Positions 1-10,094 of a stretch of 36,844 bases of DNA are shown piece after piece; position 1 is the first letter of the stretch, and the number at the start of each line of letters is the position of its first letter. Origin of the DNA: Prevotellaceae bacterium UBA2718 (GTDB lineage Bacteria > Bacteroidota > Bacteroidia > Bacteroidales > Bacteroidaceae); the NCBI GenBank assembly GCA_002353975.1, contig DEKQ01000038.1, positions 18,260 to 55,103 on the forward strand, read 5' to 3'. The translations under genes and the position numbers were made by a program. The notes under the pieces are model-generated. The model was not told the DNA's origin. It saw nothing but the letters and a program-made list of their open reading frames with translations, and ran no database searches.

Positions 1-3000
1 GAGAGCACTGCAAGAGGCCACATGGCTTGGTCAAGCGCCTCAAGAGTATATCATGTCGTATCAGAAAGCAACGTATGGGGTCCTTATACCTACGTCAGCG
101 ACATCGGTGCAGGCCATAATTCTGAGATATACAAGACTGGCGACACGTACGTAATCTACCACATTGAGCCATTGGGCTACTACAAGTCAAACTCTCTGGG
201 AGATACATGGGAGAGCGGAGAATACACTTTCGACCTGCGCGACCGTGCTCTCATAGCAGGCGAAAACCGTGAGACAAGCCTCTCAAACTGCTCATTCGCA
301 AAGCGTGAGGATGGCTCGTTTGTGATGATTGACCGTGGCGGCGGCATCTGGGTGAGCCGTGATGGTCTGACAGATCCTTGGCATCAGGTCTCCACCGGCT
401 CTGTTTATCTTAACAATACCGTCACCAACCGTGGTACACTTGAGGACCCTGTCATCTGGCGCGACCACCTGCAGTATCACATGATTGTGAATGACTGGAA
501 GGCTCGCTATGCCTACTATTACCGCTCCAAGGACGGCCTGCACTGGGTGATGGAGAGCGGAAAGGCATACACCGGACAAGATCCGTTTGCCAAACACAGC
601 GATGGAACCGTGGAAAAATGGCATAAATATGAGCGTCCGCGAGTGTATCAGGACGAGCTGGGACGTGCCATCCGCATGAATTTTGCAGTCATCGACTGCG
701 TAAAGCAGAGCGACCAGGGCAGCGACACACACTCTTCCAAGAACATCAATATGCCAGTGACACGCCAGCTGCTACTTGAGGTGCAGGGCAATACACCCAT
801 CACGTCTTCCACCACCAGCATACGAGTGCTCGTAAAGGCAGAGGAAGGTTTCAACCCACGTACAGACCTCAACCTCACATCGTTGAAGTTTGGCGCACAC
901 AACAAGGTGAATTTCGGTAACGGCCTCAGCTATAGCTCATCGGAGAACAGCGGCACGAGCGACCTCATCATCACCTTCACCGGTGTGGCAGGCCAGAGCG
1001 GCATCACAGAAGACGAGTGGGCGCCCAAGATGCTGGGACTAAAGAAAGATGGCAGCATAGCCTTTGGATATGCCAAGATGCCAGGCATTGACTATAAGCC
1101 CGCTATGCTCTCAGCAGTGACACCGACTTTTGCTGCTGACAATGCAGTACAGAGTGTCAGCATAACAAACTACGGGGAGCAGGCTGCCACAGCAACAACC
1201 GTACGTATCTATGCCCCTAACGGCACCACGCTACTGGCTCACGGTACCACCTCAGCACTCGCTGCATACGGCAGTGAGACCGTCAACCTGACCAAGGACG
1301 CTGCTGCCGGTGCCGGTTATAAGTCTATCATCGTACGTTTCTACGATGGTGAGACTATGCTGAACGAAGAGACAATAGCCCTGACCGCCATACTTGCAGC
1401 GCAGAATGGCCTGCAGGCCGTCATCGACGAAGCCAACGCCCTGCTGAGCGACCCGCGCATGACCAACGGCACCGCAGGCCTGCAGGATGCTGTCAATGCG
1501 GCAACGGCAGTGGCCAAAGGCTACAGCATTGCAGCAATAGAAGCCCAGAAGGTTGCACTCGGGGAGGCACTGAACACATTCAAATATGCCAATGCATCGC
1601 CCACCAACGGCCTGAGCATCACCATACCAAATGCTGAGTGCAACGACCTCTCTGCATGGGAGATGACACGACTTGATGCCAGCAATGCACCCGGATGGAA
1701 ACTGAACACGACAAACCGCTACGGCTTTGACGGTAATTTCATCGAGACATATAAGAGCAGTGGCCTGAAGGTGGAAAACAAAGCCTGTCAGACACTCACA
1801 GGCCTGCCCGCCGGACGTTACCGCTTGCGCGTAAAGGCACTTGCCACAAACAATGGCAACGCCGCTATAGGCGTAACGCTCTACGCCAAGGGCAGCACAC
1901 TGACCGGCTCGTCTGTTTCCAAGACCATCTCAACGGGCAATACCGCCTGCACGGAGTATATGCTTGAACTGACCCTGACGGATAAAGGCGATATGGAGTT
2001 CGGCATAGACATGGCCCAGACAAACAATGCCACATGGGTATGCTTTGACAGCTGGACGCTGAAGTATTTCGGCACTGCCGACGGCGACATAGTGGAGACA
2101 GAGCGCAATACGCCAATCCTCGGCATAAACCCACAGCAGACCTACCACATAAAGCACCTCAACACTAACCGCAAACGCTACCTGGCATCCGCACCCGATG
2201 CCAGCGGCCACCTGCTGACAACCAACGCAGACGCAGAGAAGGGAGAATATGCGCTGCTGCCGGTGCTGGGCAAGCAGGGATACTATTATATATATAATAA
2301 GGAGGGATACTATGTCACGCCTTCTACTGGCTACTGGACGCTGTCAAAGACTACCCCCGCCGAAGTACTGGTGACGCTGAACAATGCTAATCAGAGTGCC
2401 TTAGGCACGACAGACAATATCTATCTGCTGGGAGAGTCATCACAGCACGCCAACCCACAGGTGAAGGACAACGCGCAGGTGGTCTATGCCTACAGCGCCC
2501 ACGACACTGACAAGGGCAACAACTGGGTGCTGGAACCCGTGGCTGATGCCACTGCATCGGTATCGCTCAACGACGTGACGAGCAGCACGGACAACTTGAT
2601 TGCATCGGCCATTGCCGAAGAGGTCGGCATGACCTATAGCGTTCCCGCTGCGACAATGGGTTGTCAGACTTTCGCTGCCGACTATGCTCTCGATTTCACC
2701 GACACCACCGTAAAGGCCTATATCGCCAAAAGCGTGAAGGATGGCAAGGTGTTTCTTCAGCAGGTGACGAAGGTTCCCGCCGGCACAGGACTGATACTGC
2801 AAGGCACGGATGGGGAGGCAATACCCGTCTTGACGACAGACAATGCCGATGACGTGAGCGGAAACCTGCTCTTCGCAGGCAACGGCGACACAGTGAGCAA
2901 GGAGGACGGCTACGGCAAGTATGTTCTGGCAGCAGACGATGACAATGCGTCCGTGAGTTTTTACCTCATCGACAATACTTCTGCAACGGTAGCCAAGGGG

Positions 3001-3204
3001 AAAGCCTATCTCAAGATACCGCTCTCAGGCAGCAGCCAAGCAAAACGCATCACCCTCTCATTCGGAGATGACACAACAGGTATATGGCATGCTGACAGTC
3101 AGGCTTTCACGACAGACACGCTATACAACGTGGCAGGGCAGCGCACCGACAAGCCAACACAAGGACTATACATCAGTAACGGAAAGAAATTCTATATAAA
3201 GTAA
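1..3204 (+). CDS. Secreted multi-domain glycoside hydrolase (GH43/32/68-like beta-propeller, helical linker, putative carbohydrate-binding modules, Prevotella-type C-terminal secretion tail); 5'-partial
   Basis: Frame is open from base 1 (ESTARGHMAW), so the start probably lies outside the window. Propeller-type motifs LEDPVIWRD..YHMIVNDW, YYRSKDGLHW and KYERP are present. The C-terminus TTGI...YNVAGQR...GLYISNGKKFYIK is typical of Bacteroidales secreted proteins. Confidence 0.75.
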   Translation, partial: ESTARGHMAWSSASRVYHVVSESNVWGPYTYVSDIGAGHNSEIYKTGDTYVIYHIEPLGYYKSNSLGDTWESGEYTFDLRDRALIAGENRETSLSNCSFAKREDGSFVMIDRGGGIWVSRDGLTDPWHQVSTGSVYLNNTVTNRGTLEDPVIWRDHLQYHMIVNDWKARYAYYYRSKDGLHWVMESGKAYTGQDPFAKHSDGTVEKWHKYERPRVYQDELGRAIRMNFAVIDCVKQSDQGSDTHSSKNINMPVTRQLLLEVQGNTPITSSTTSIRVLVKAEEGFNPRTDLNLTSLKFGAHNKVNFGNGLSYSSSENSGTSDLIITFTGVAGQSGITEDEWAPKMLGLKKDGSIAFGYAKMPGIDYKPAMLSAVTPTFAADNAVQSVSITNYGEQAATATTVRIYAPNGTTLLAHGTTSALAAYGSETVNLTKDAAAGAGYKSIIVRFYDGETMLNEETIALTAILAAQNGLQAVIDEANALLSDPRMTNGTAGLQDAVNAATAVAKGYSIAAIEAQKVALGEALNTFKYANASPTNGLSITIPNAECNDLSAWEMTRLDASNAPGWKLNTTNRYGFDGNFIETYKSSGLKVENKACQTLTGLPAGRYRLRVKALATNNGNAAIGVTLYAKGSTLTGSSVSKTISTGNTACTEYMLELTLTDKGDMEFGIDMAQTNNATWVCFDSWTLKYFGTADGDIVETERNTPILGINPQQTYHIKHLNTNRKRYLASAPDASGHLLTTNADAEKGEYALLPVLGKQGYYYIYNKEGYYVTPSTGYWTLSKTTPAEVLVTLNNANQSALGTTDNIYLLGESSQHANPQVKDNAQVVYAYSAHDTDKGNNWVLEPVADATASVSLNDVTSSTDNLIASAIAEEVGMTYSVPAATMGCQTFAADYALDFTDTTVKAYIAKSVKDGKVFLQQVTKVPAGTGLILQGTDGEAIPVLTTDNADDVSGNLLFAGNGDTVSKEDGYGKYVLAADDDNASVSFYLIDNTSATVAKGKAYLKIPLSGSSQAKRITLSFGDDTTGIWHADSQAFTTDTLYNVAGQRTDKPTQGLYISNGKKFYIK

Positions 3205-3239
3205 AGAAATAAAATACTACATAAACCAGAATACAATTC

Positions 3240-3413
3240 ATGGAGCATCGTAAAAACACATACATCTCGCCTGATGTCAAGATTGTCACTCTAAGCACGG
3301 TCCCCATGATGTCAGGCAGCAAATACATCAACACCGCCAACCAAGAATATGACGGACGCACCGTACTGGCACGCGAATGCCAGCTATATATGAGAGATGA
3401 GGAGGAAGAGTAG
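3240..3413 (+). CDS. 57-aa small peptide with YxxP leader-like motif (MEHRKNTYISPDVKIVTLSTVPMMSGS...DEEEE)
   Basis: Hand-translated ATG 3240 to TAG 3413, below the ORF-track cut-off. It has an AT-rich initiation region, starts 35 nt after the GH stop and ends in an acidic tail. Confidence 0.7.
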   Translation: MEHRKNTYISPDVKIVTLSTVPMMSGSKYINTANQEYDGRTVLARECQLYMRDEEEE

Positions 3414-3508
3414 TATATTTTCACAAGGTCAAGTCCCTGACTGCGATAGAATACAAACTTCTGGTCACCAGAAAAATGGAACAATCGGCATCGTGCGGAA
3501 ACGCCGTT

Positions 3509-3667
3509 GTAACGTGCTGATTATCAGGGGGCGTTGTAATAGTAGGTCTTTTACGCAGTGAAAGACCTACTATTGCGTTGTAAAAGACCTACTATTACCG
3601 CCTAAAAGACCTACTATCAGAGCCTAAAAGACCTACTATTGCAACGCCCTGAATGTGAGCGCGTTGC
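3509..3667. repeat. Dispersed 22-bp-period repeat element, copy 1 (core TAAAAGACCTACTATT)
   Basis: Inverted core at 3538-3553, then direct cores at 3559, 3581, 3603 and 3625 separated by 6-nt variable linkers. The flanks are imperfect inverted repeats (CTGATTATCAGGGGGCGTTGT / GCAACGCCCTGAATGTGAG). Confidence 0.9.
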
Positions 3668-3743
3668 GCGGTGTCCTATTTTTCGGTGTGAAAGGAACTT
3701 TTCACTTGTTATATTACAAAGCTGTTATTTTCACTGCTTTGCA

Positions 3744-3809
3744 TAGGAGGCGACGTGTCTCACGTCGCAACAATCTGCTGGATAGCGACGTGAGACACGT
3801 CGCCTCCTA
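3744..3809. repeat. GTAG-type REP doublet (REPIN-like)
   Basis: TAGGAGGCGACGTGTCTCACGTCGC (3744-3768) and its exact reverse complement (3785-3809), 16 nt apart. Each unit is internally palindromic. Confidence 0.85.
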
Positions 3810-3831
3810 CTCTTTGCTTGCAAAAGTAAAC

Positions 3832-3866
3832 AAAAAAGCCGAAAGGACAAAACTTTCGGCTTTTTT
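3832..3866. terminator. Bidirectional intrinsic terminator
   Basis: AAAAAAGCCGAAAG-gacaaaa-CTTTCGGCTTTTTT between convergent genes. Confidence 0.85.
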
Positions 3867-3909
3867 ATTTGAGTTTATGCAGAATTATGCTTCTGCGCTA
3901 AATGATGAC

Positions 3910-5121
3910 TTACTTCACCTGTGCGCCGGCAGCGTTGTACTGTGCGCCGTCCTTGACGATGATGATCTGACCGTCCTTAACGACCTTCTTCACTGCAGGA
4001 GCAGCCTCGTCAGCAGCCTTAACGCCCTTTACAGAGCTGCCGCCTGCGCGTGCTACGCGAACCTTGATGATGAAGACGTTGGTGCTGGCTACAGAGCGAG
4101 CAATTTTAACGCTTGTGCTGCCTGCAATGGCATCAGTTACATCATATACGTTGGTGTTTGGCTGCTGGCCAATGGCAGAGTGGATATTGTTCCATACTAC
4201 ACCGTCCCCCTCGTCAATAGAAGAACCGTTGCTGAAGAGCATGTAGAGTGTACCGTTGGCATCAGTATCCTTGTTACGATAACCTGTGATGGCAATCTTG
4301 TCGCCTGCCTTCAGTGCCTCGTTGAAAGTAATCTGAACATTGTCAGTGTCAATGTCAGCCTTCTTCTTGTTGATACGTATGGTCATGTAGTCACCGTTAG
4401 CATAGTTTACGCTCTCGCCGTCAGAAGCTACTGCAGTGCCGCCTACCTCTACAGCAGGGTCACCGCCTTGCCAGCTATATACGTCACCCCAGCCTGCAGG
4501 GATGTCACCACCGGTCTGTGGCTCGTCATCACCGCCACCCTGGGCTGTACCCTCTACGTAAGAGATGCCATAGAGACGGCCTGTGGTGCCGCGTGCCCAA
4601 AGGGTGTAGGTCTTGCCGGCTTCGAGAGATACGGTCTTGTAGGTATTGGCGTAAGCAGGATCGTCAGTTTCCTCAGCAACGAAAGCAGAACCTGCGATGG
4701 CAGCAGCGGGAGAGGCCTGATTAACGATCTTCACGTCCTTGCCGTCATTGTCAGTGAAGCCAGCATCGGTCACAGCCTGACGACGATAGTAGTATGTGAA
4801 ATCTACATTCTTCTTGGCAACGATAACCAGTGGAGTGCTTTCAGCCTTTTCCGTACCAGTGGGATTAGCTGCACTTGGTGCTGCGTCAACACGAATCTGC
4901 ATGTAGGTCTTGAAAGTCTTGCCTGCAAAAGTCACAGGAGTAGCGACATCCTCAACGAGGATAGTTGAACATGTTCCTGCGTAAACAGTGCTGACTGTCA
5001 TCAGGTCGTCATCGATGATGGCGGTACCGGCAGCTGGAGCTGTACCAGGGGCTGTCCAATCTGCCGCGTTTACTGCTACTGCTGCAAAGGCAGCAGCGAT
5101 AAGAGTAAAGATTTTCTTCAT
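3910..5121 (-). CDS. Secreted two-domain hypothetical protein (PUL-associated, possibly glycan-binding)
   Basis: Sec signal MKKIFTLIAAAFAAVAVNA. Two beta-rich segments are joined by a GGGDDEPQTGG linker. The C-terminal tail is KKVVKDGQIIIVKDGAQYNAAGAQVK. Confidence 0.8.
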   Translation of the reverse strand: MKKIFTLIAAAFAAVAVNAADWTAPGTAPAAGTAIIDDDLMTVSTVYAGTCSTILVEDVATPVTFAGKTFKTYMQIRVDAAPSAANPTGTEKAESTPLVIVAKKNVDFTYYYRRQAVTDAGFTDNDGKDVKIVNQASPAAAIAGSAFVAEETDDPAYANTYKTVSLEAGKTYTLWARGTTGRLYGISYVEGTAQGGGDDEPQTGGDIPAGWGDVYSWQGGDPAVEVGGTAVASDGESVNYANGDYMTIRINKKKADIDTDNVQITFNEALKAGDKIAITGYRNKDTDANGTLYMLFSNGSSIDEGDGVVWNNIHSAIGQQPNTNVYDVTDAIAGSTSVKIARSVASTNVFIIKVRVARAGGSSVKGVKAADEAAPAVKKVVKDGQIIIVKDGAQYNAAGAQVK

Positions 5122-5211
5122 AGATTGTTGTTTTTAGAAGTTAATAAATAAGATGTGAATGTTCTCTGTTATGAATTTGCATACGGTGGTAAAAGGCATT
5201 TTGCACCGCTA

Positions 5212-5219
5212 CAAAGTTA
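5212..5219 (-). promoter_or_regulatory. Bacteroidetes -7 promoter element (TAACTTTG)
   Basis: Matches TAnnTTTG about 90 nt upstream of the 5121 start. No clear -33 TTTG. Confidence 0.6.
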
Positions 5220-5353
5220 CGAACTTTTCTTCATTCCGCGAAGGGATTGGAGTAAAATGCCTATAATTTTAACTAAATTCAACTATTTAAGCATCAGGAA
5301 ATACGCCGTGATGGGCATAGAAGCAGGGGACTTTGCTTTACATGCACATCATC

Positions 5354-5461
5354 AGGAGGCGATGTGTCCCACGTCCCCGTGTTGATGCTCGCTGAAAGGC
5401 AACAGTGATGCCGATACTGTCGCAGATCATTGATTGCGACGTGAGGACACGCCGCCTCCTA
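5354..5461. repeat. Degenerate REP doublet, same family as 3744-3809
   Basis: AGGAGGCGATGTGTCCCACGTCC (5354-5376) and GCGACGTGAGGACACGCCGCCTCCTA (5436-5461) in inverted orientation. Confidence 0.75.
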
Positions 5462-5543
5462 AGGTGCTCGCTGATTACGTCTCTCCCTCCTATAGGGGGG
5501 AGTTGGAGGGGGGCTGTGGGAGATGGAGGGGAGCTGTGGGCAT

Positions 5544-5583
5544 AAAACAAGAAAGGGGGGCGGACCGCGCGGTCCGCTCCCCG
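5544..5583 (-). terminator. Intrinsic terminator of the susC-susD-lipoprotein operon
   Basis: Minus strand reads GGGGAGCGGACC-gcgc-GGTCCGCCCCCC followed by TTTCTTGTTTT, about 30 nt after the stop at 5615. Confidence 0.8.
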
Positions 5584-5614
5584 AAGGTTCAGTTAATGTC
5601 AGGTTAGAGTGAGC

Positions 5615-7915
5615 TTACTTAGCAGATGCAGCAGGTGTGCGCCACTTGGATGCACCAATACCGCGCTTCACGATCTCGTTGTCGAAGTTCTTGAAGTAGA
5701 GGTTAGACGTGCCACCAATCAGCGTGTTGACTGCTGTTGACGGTGTTGTACCGTCGATAGAGCCAGTGCTGTGGTTGTACTCAGTCTCTGTGCCTACTAC
5801 AGGAACCGGTGGGTTAGGACTCTGCATCAGGTCCGTAGCCGAGATGTTGGCAACATGGATAATCAGCTCATCTGCACCAGCCGGGAACTCTACATCAGGG
5901 TTAGTGGTGAACGCACCGAAGGAGTTCTTGTTAGCGCTGAATGCGTTAGCAGTGAATACCTCGCCCGTAGCGTCGCTGATGTTGTCGTTAGTTGACCAGT
6001 TGTCGTAGATGTTGAACGTGGTTTTGTCCTCGCATACACCGTTGAGCGTACGTATGTCAGCACCCTGGAGGTTCATTGCGCGCTCATCACCGGCAGACTT
6101 GGTCTGGATGAAGAGGTTCTTGCGAACGGTGATAGTAGAGCCTGCAGGCAGCGAACGGAAGCTGAGCATTGGACGTCCGCTGTAGGTATTCCAGTTGACG
6201 AACGTATTGTTCTCAATCGTGATATTGAATACCAGGTTCGGATCAGCCCACTTACCAGTACCTGTTCCGTGAGTGAGGAAGTTACCGATTGGGGTCTCAT
6301 AGAACGTGTTGTTGCGCCATACCATGTTGTGGAAGCAGTTAGACTTCGGATTGTTCAGGTCACCAGTGAAGAAGCCGTAACCAGAACCGTTGCCGCTGTA
6401 GCCACCGCAGTTGAAGAACTCACAGTCCTCAACGAGGAAGTTCTCAATGTACTCACCATACTTACACTGCGTGCGACCGAAGCCACGAACGAAGCGCTGG
6501 AAGGTACAGCCGCGGATGATGAAGTTGTCAACATGGATACCCATACCGCCAGAGTACTGGTTGAAGAGGTAGTTACCCGTAGCACCGCCCTGGAAGCTGT
6601 TGTGTGCTCCCGGGAAGTCGAAGTCGATGTTCTCGAATACGATGTTCTCAATGTCAATAGAGATGTTAGCGTTCTCACCGCCCATAGGCTGACGTCCGAG
6701 CATGAAGAATGCCGGTGAGCCGGAAGATGATGGGAGGTTGCGCAGGTCATAGACCTTAGCGTTGCCCTTGCCGGCAGCTATGTCTTCAGGATTGGTCTTG
6801 AGGGTAAAGCCCTTGTAGAGGTCCATGTTGGCCGTAGTGAAATATACCTTACCGCCCTCGAGATAGAACTCCTGGTTCTCAGCCAGCGTGTTGTCGGCCA
6901 TGAATGAGCGCAGGATATTGTCGATACGTATTGCGGTGAAGCCGCTGCCAAGGAGGTTAGCATAGTCAGAGAACTTGTACACCACACCGTCGATGTTCAT
7001 AGTGTCAACGGCAACATAACCGTTAGCCTCGTTGATGAGGATCGGTGCACCCGGGTCACCCTTGGTACGTACTGACTGCGTGTTGTACACAGCGTCCACG
7101 AAGATAGGAATGTCCTTATCCACTACGTCAATGATATATACGGAGTTGGAGTCAAGACCTGCGATGTCAATGTAACCGCGTGCGAAGTCCTGATCAGTCA
7201 GGTTGTAGTGCTGGTACTCAGCAGGAACAGAAGCGCTTGGAGAGCTCTCAGAGGCAGCTACACGGAGGTAGTCACACTTCCACACCTTTGCGTCGGCACT
7301 ATCGACCTGCGTGAAGTGCTCATTCCACTCGTCGTAGTCAGCAGCGTCAGCATAAACCTTACGGTCAATATATACGCGGAAGCCTTCCTTGGTCCTGTTG
7401 GCCTTGTTGGTTATAATCTCAGGTGTAGAGTAGCGGCTCTCGGTCTGCAGACCGAGGTAGTCAGCCCAGTGCTGTCCGTCGCCGTATCCCCACCACAGTG
7501 AGTGGTGACCCTCACCGCGTGGAGAGAGGGCACGGATGGCGAAACGGTAGGACGTAGAATAGCTCATGTTAGTGAGCAGGAGAGTGTCTCTGTCGGCAGG
7601 CAGGATGGTGTCAATGAGGACATTCTCCGGATTTTCCCACGCTTCCTCACCCTTACTTACCTTCTGCTCGGTAGAGATTTTCAGCTCGTAAGCCTCAGCA
7701 TCCTTTATCATGCTCCATGAGAGGAAGATGCTATTGAGGTTACGCACCGCACAAAGATCGGGATCACTGGAGCCTGCCGACACGGTGTAACGTGTGCGGA
7801 ACTGGGGGCGCATCAGGCGATCCGCTGATGCTGTCACTTCGTTGTCCTTGTCAGTGCAGGAGAAGACAGCAAAGGTGGACAGCAACATTAATGAATATAG
7901 AAATATCTTTTTCAT
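5615..7915 (-). CDS. PUL surface lipoprotein with fibronectin type III-like region and right-handed beta-helix (DUF4957/DUF5123-like surface glycan-binding protein)
   Basis: Lipobox AVFS-C. Fn3-like segments (IFLSW...YELKIS...YRFAIRA). Beta-helix stacks IIRGCTF, LVEDCEF, WRNNTFY, IENNTF, VRKNLF. Lies directly after susD. Confidence 0.75.
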   Translation of the reverse strand: MKKIFLYSLMLLSTFAVFSCTDKDNEVTASADRLMRPQFRTRYTVSAGSSDPDLCAVRNLNSIFLSWSMIKDAEAYELKISTEQKVSKGEEAWENPENVLIDTILPADRDTLLLTNMSYSTSYRFAIRALSPRGEGHHSLWWGYGDGQHWADYLGLQTESRYSTPEIITNKANRTKEGFRVYIDRKVYADAADYDEWNEHFTQVDSADAKVWKCDYLRVAASESSPSASVPAEYQHYNLTDQDFARGYIDIAGLDSNSVYIIDVVDKDIPIFVDAVYNTQSVRTKGDPGAPILINEANGYVAVDTMNIDGVVYKFSDYANLLGSGFTAIRIDNILRSFMADNTLAENQEFYLEGGKVYFTTANMDLYKGFTLKTNPEDIAAGKGNAKVYDLRNLPSSSGSPAFFMLGRQPMGGENANISIDIENIVFENIDFDFPGAHNSFQGGATGNYLFNQYSGGMGIHVDNFIIRGCTFQRFVRGFGRTQCKYGEYIENFLVEDCEFFNCGGYSGNGSGYGFFTGDLNNPKSNCFHNMVWRNNTFYETPIGNFLTHGTGTGKWADPNLVFNITIENNTFVNWNTYSGRPMLSFRSLPAGSTITVRKNLFIQTKSAGDERAMNLQGADIRTLNGVCEDKTTFNIYDNWSTNDNISDATGEVFTANAFSANKNSFGAFTTNPDVEFPAGADELIIHVANISATDLMQSPNPPVPVVGTETEYNHSTGSIDGTTPSTAVNTLIGGTSNLYFKNFDNEIVKRGIGASKWRTPAASAK

Positions 7916-7946
7916 ATATGTGTGTTTACTATTTATGTGTTATGAA

Positions 7947-10067
7947 TTAATATCCATAGTAGTTGGTGTATCCACCACGACGGAGAGCCTCACGTGGGAT
8001 TGGGAGGAGATAGCGCACAACGGGGAGAGACTCAGGCACTACGCCTGCCTCAATCTTCTTTGGTGTGCCGTTCTCGATGATGTAGATGCTGCTGTAGTCG
8101 CCTGCATCCACACCGCCACGGATGTAACCGTAGAGTGAGTAGCGAACCTGTGCCTGTGGGTAGCCGCCGTCCTCGTCATACCACTTGGTGAAGAACTCTG
8201 CGCTCTCAGTCCATGTAACCTTGTCAACAGACTCGTCGTTTGGCTTCTTGATAGCCTTGAAGTCAAGACCCTTGTCATCAAACCACCACTGCGGGTTGTT
8301 GCGTATCTGCACTGCAGAGTGTATCTGCGTGCCGCTCTCGTCGGTGGTCTTCAGGTCTGCGTTGGCAGCCTCGGGGTTGAGGATGAAGAGGCAAGGCAGG
8401 GTTGTATTCTGATAGTAGCTCAGGTCAATCTTGCTCTTGGCAGGGTTCTGGACATATATATAAGTAAGGTAGTTAGGCAGCAGTGCGTTGTCGAAGTACT
8501 CCACTCCGTCGTGCTCCTCAATGAGGTCGCCCCATGAAACACCTACGCCTGCATCCTCTGCAACGGCATAGTTACGCATGAAGGTCCAGTAGAGGGTCTC
8601 GGACAGCATGTTGTTTCTCACGAGGTCCTTCCAACGCATGTTCTCACCTGCGAACTCCCACTTACGCTCATCGAGAATCTTCTTGATGAAGTCGTCAGCA
8701 TCCGTAGGATCTACGAATGGGTCTGTGCCACCGTTGCGGAACGCACGCTCACGCACGGTCTTCAGTGCCTGCAGGGCGTCGGCGTTCACCTCTCCGGTGA
8801 GCTTGGCGTCAGCCTCAGCATACATCAGCAGCACGTCAGCATAGCGCAGGTATGGGAAATTGATACCTGTGTTGCCTGTAGAGATGTTGGTGTAGGCGCT
8901 GGTGGTGTTCCATATCTTAGACCACTTCAGGTTGTGCAGGCCGTAGGAAGCGCGGAGCACCGGTGTGCCCTGGTAGTCATAGTACCAGAAGCCCTCGCCG
9001 ACATACTTACGTGCATCGTCCTTGGCAAAGCTGTAGCGATAGAAAGACTCTACGTACTGGTTGCCGCCGCACTCACCCCATGTGTAGTTGGTCTCACCAC
9101 CGTTGGACTGGAACTGCGGGCCCTGACGGTAACCGATGTAACCAGATGCCTCAATGGCAAACGGAAGATCGAAGATTATGTCGTCAGCATTGCTTACTAT
9201 CATGTTGCACTCGTCATAGAACACTTCCTGATAGTCCTTCGTGAGGCTGTGTGTTCCGCTTGAGATAACAGAGTCAGCGTATGCGCGGGCCGTTGTGAGG
9301 AAGTATTTCTCCAGCTCCTGGTCAGGCTTTGCCATGTATCCGTATGAGGTTGCATCGCCCTCCACATGGCGCAGAGAGTAGCCTGCTGCCTGCAGTGAGA
9401 TACGTGAGATGAGTGCCCAGCAAGCCTCCTTTGAGGCACGCTCAACGCCCTCTGCGATGTTCTCGGCAAACTTCATGTGGGTAGCAGCCTCCTTCAGGTC
9501 CTCCACAAGAGCCTTGGCAATGACGTCACGAGACTCGATGGCAGGAGCGAAATCCTCAGTAGAAGAGGTAGGCTCGAGGGTGAACGGAACGTCGCCCCAG
9601 TAGCACAACAGCTCGTAGTAGAGCATGGCGCGCAGCACCTTAGCCTCGCCGAGCATCTGCATCACGTTGGCATTATCCTCGTCGTAGATGGAGCCTTCCT
9701 GCAGGTTTACGATAAAGTTGTTGGCATTCTCAATGCCTGCATAGGTTGCCTTCCACACTTTGTTCACAGTACCGCTGCTGGCGTCACAGTCGTAACGCTT
9801 CGGTGTGTTGGTCTGCTTTGACTCCTTGCTGTCACTGACATAATCTACGTCAGAGTTGAGCACGAGCGAATATGTGTATGCCTGGCCGAAGCAGTCGCTT
9901 GCCAGAATGCTGGCATAGACACCGTTCAGGGCCTCGTTGGCATCCTTCTGTGAACTGAAGACATCTTCTATGGAGTACTTGGAAGGCGTGTCAACGTCAA
10001 GGTAGTCGTTGCAGGCAGTCAACGCAAGTACACCAAGTCCACTGATTAATATATTCTTGATTTTCAT
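7947..10067 (-). CDS. susD: RagB/SusD family glycan-binding outer-membrane lipoprotein
   Basis: Lipobox LTA-C-NDYLD. Motifs GEAKVLRAMLYY..YWGDVP, LRYADVLLMYAEA, ERKWEFAGENMRWKDLVR, YLLPIP and a terminal NYYGY. Confidence 0.95.
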   Translation of the reverse strand: MKIKNILISGLGVLALTACNDYLDVDTPSKYSIEDVFSSQKDANEALNGVYASILASDCFGQAYTYSLVLNSDVDYVSDSKESKQTNTPKRYDCDASSGTVNKVWKATYAGIENANNFIVNLQEGSIYDEDNANVMQMLGEAKVLRAMLYYELLCYWGDVPFTLEPTSSTEDFAPAIESRDVIAKALVEDLKEAATHMKFAENIAEGVERASKEACWALISRISLQAAGYSLRHVEGDATSYGYMAKPDQELEKYFLTTARAYADSVISSGTHSLTKDYQEVFYDECNMIVSNADDIIFDLPFAIEASGYIGYRQGPQFQSNGGETNYTWGECGGNQYVESFYRYSFAKDDARKYVGEGFWYYDYQGTPVLRASYGLHNLKWSKIWNTTSAYTNISTGNTGINFPYLRYADVLLMYAEADAKLTGEVNADALQALKTVRERAFRNGGTDPFVDPTDADDFIKKILDERKWEFAGENMRWKDLVRNNMLSETLYWTFMRNYAVAEDAGVGVSWGDLIEEHDGVEYFDNALLPNYLTYIYVQNPAKSKIDLSYYQNTTLPCLFILNPEAANADLKTTDESGTQIHSAVQIRNNPQWWFDDKGLDFKAIKKPNDESVDKVTWTESAEFFTKWYDEDGGYPQAQVRYSLYGYIRGGVDAGDYSSIYIIENGTPKKIEAGVVPESLPVVRYLLPIPREALRRGGYTNYYGY

Positions 10068-10094
10068 ATTTGTTTCAGTTTCTTTAAGTTGTAA

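Noticed and set aside
3538-3640. CRISPR array interpretation of the 22-bp-period repeats (also 13773-13853 and 28853-28934)
   Set aside because: Linkers are only 6 nt and are reused, cores are 16 nt with mixed orientation, and no cas genes are present.
3655-4968. 437-aa plus-strand ORF
   Set aside because: Antisense shadow of the 403-aa secreted protein. It begins in repeat DNA and has no recognisable motifs.
5482-5535. G-rich tract as a G-quadruplex or separate repeat family
   Set aside because: Single occurrence in the window. It could be another small palindromic repeat (CTCCCTCCTATAGGGGGGAG) but cannot be supported from one copy.
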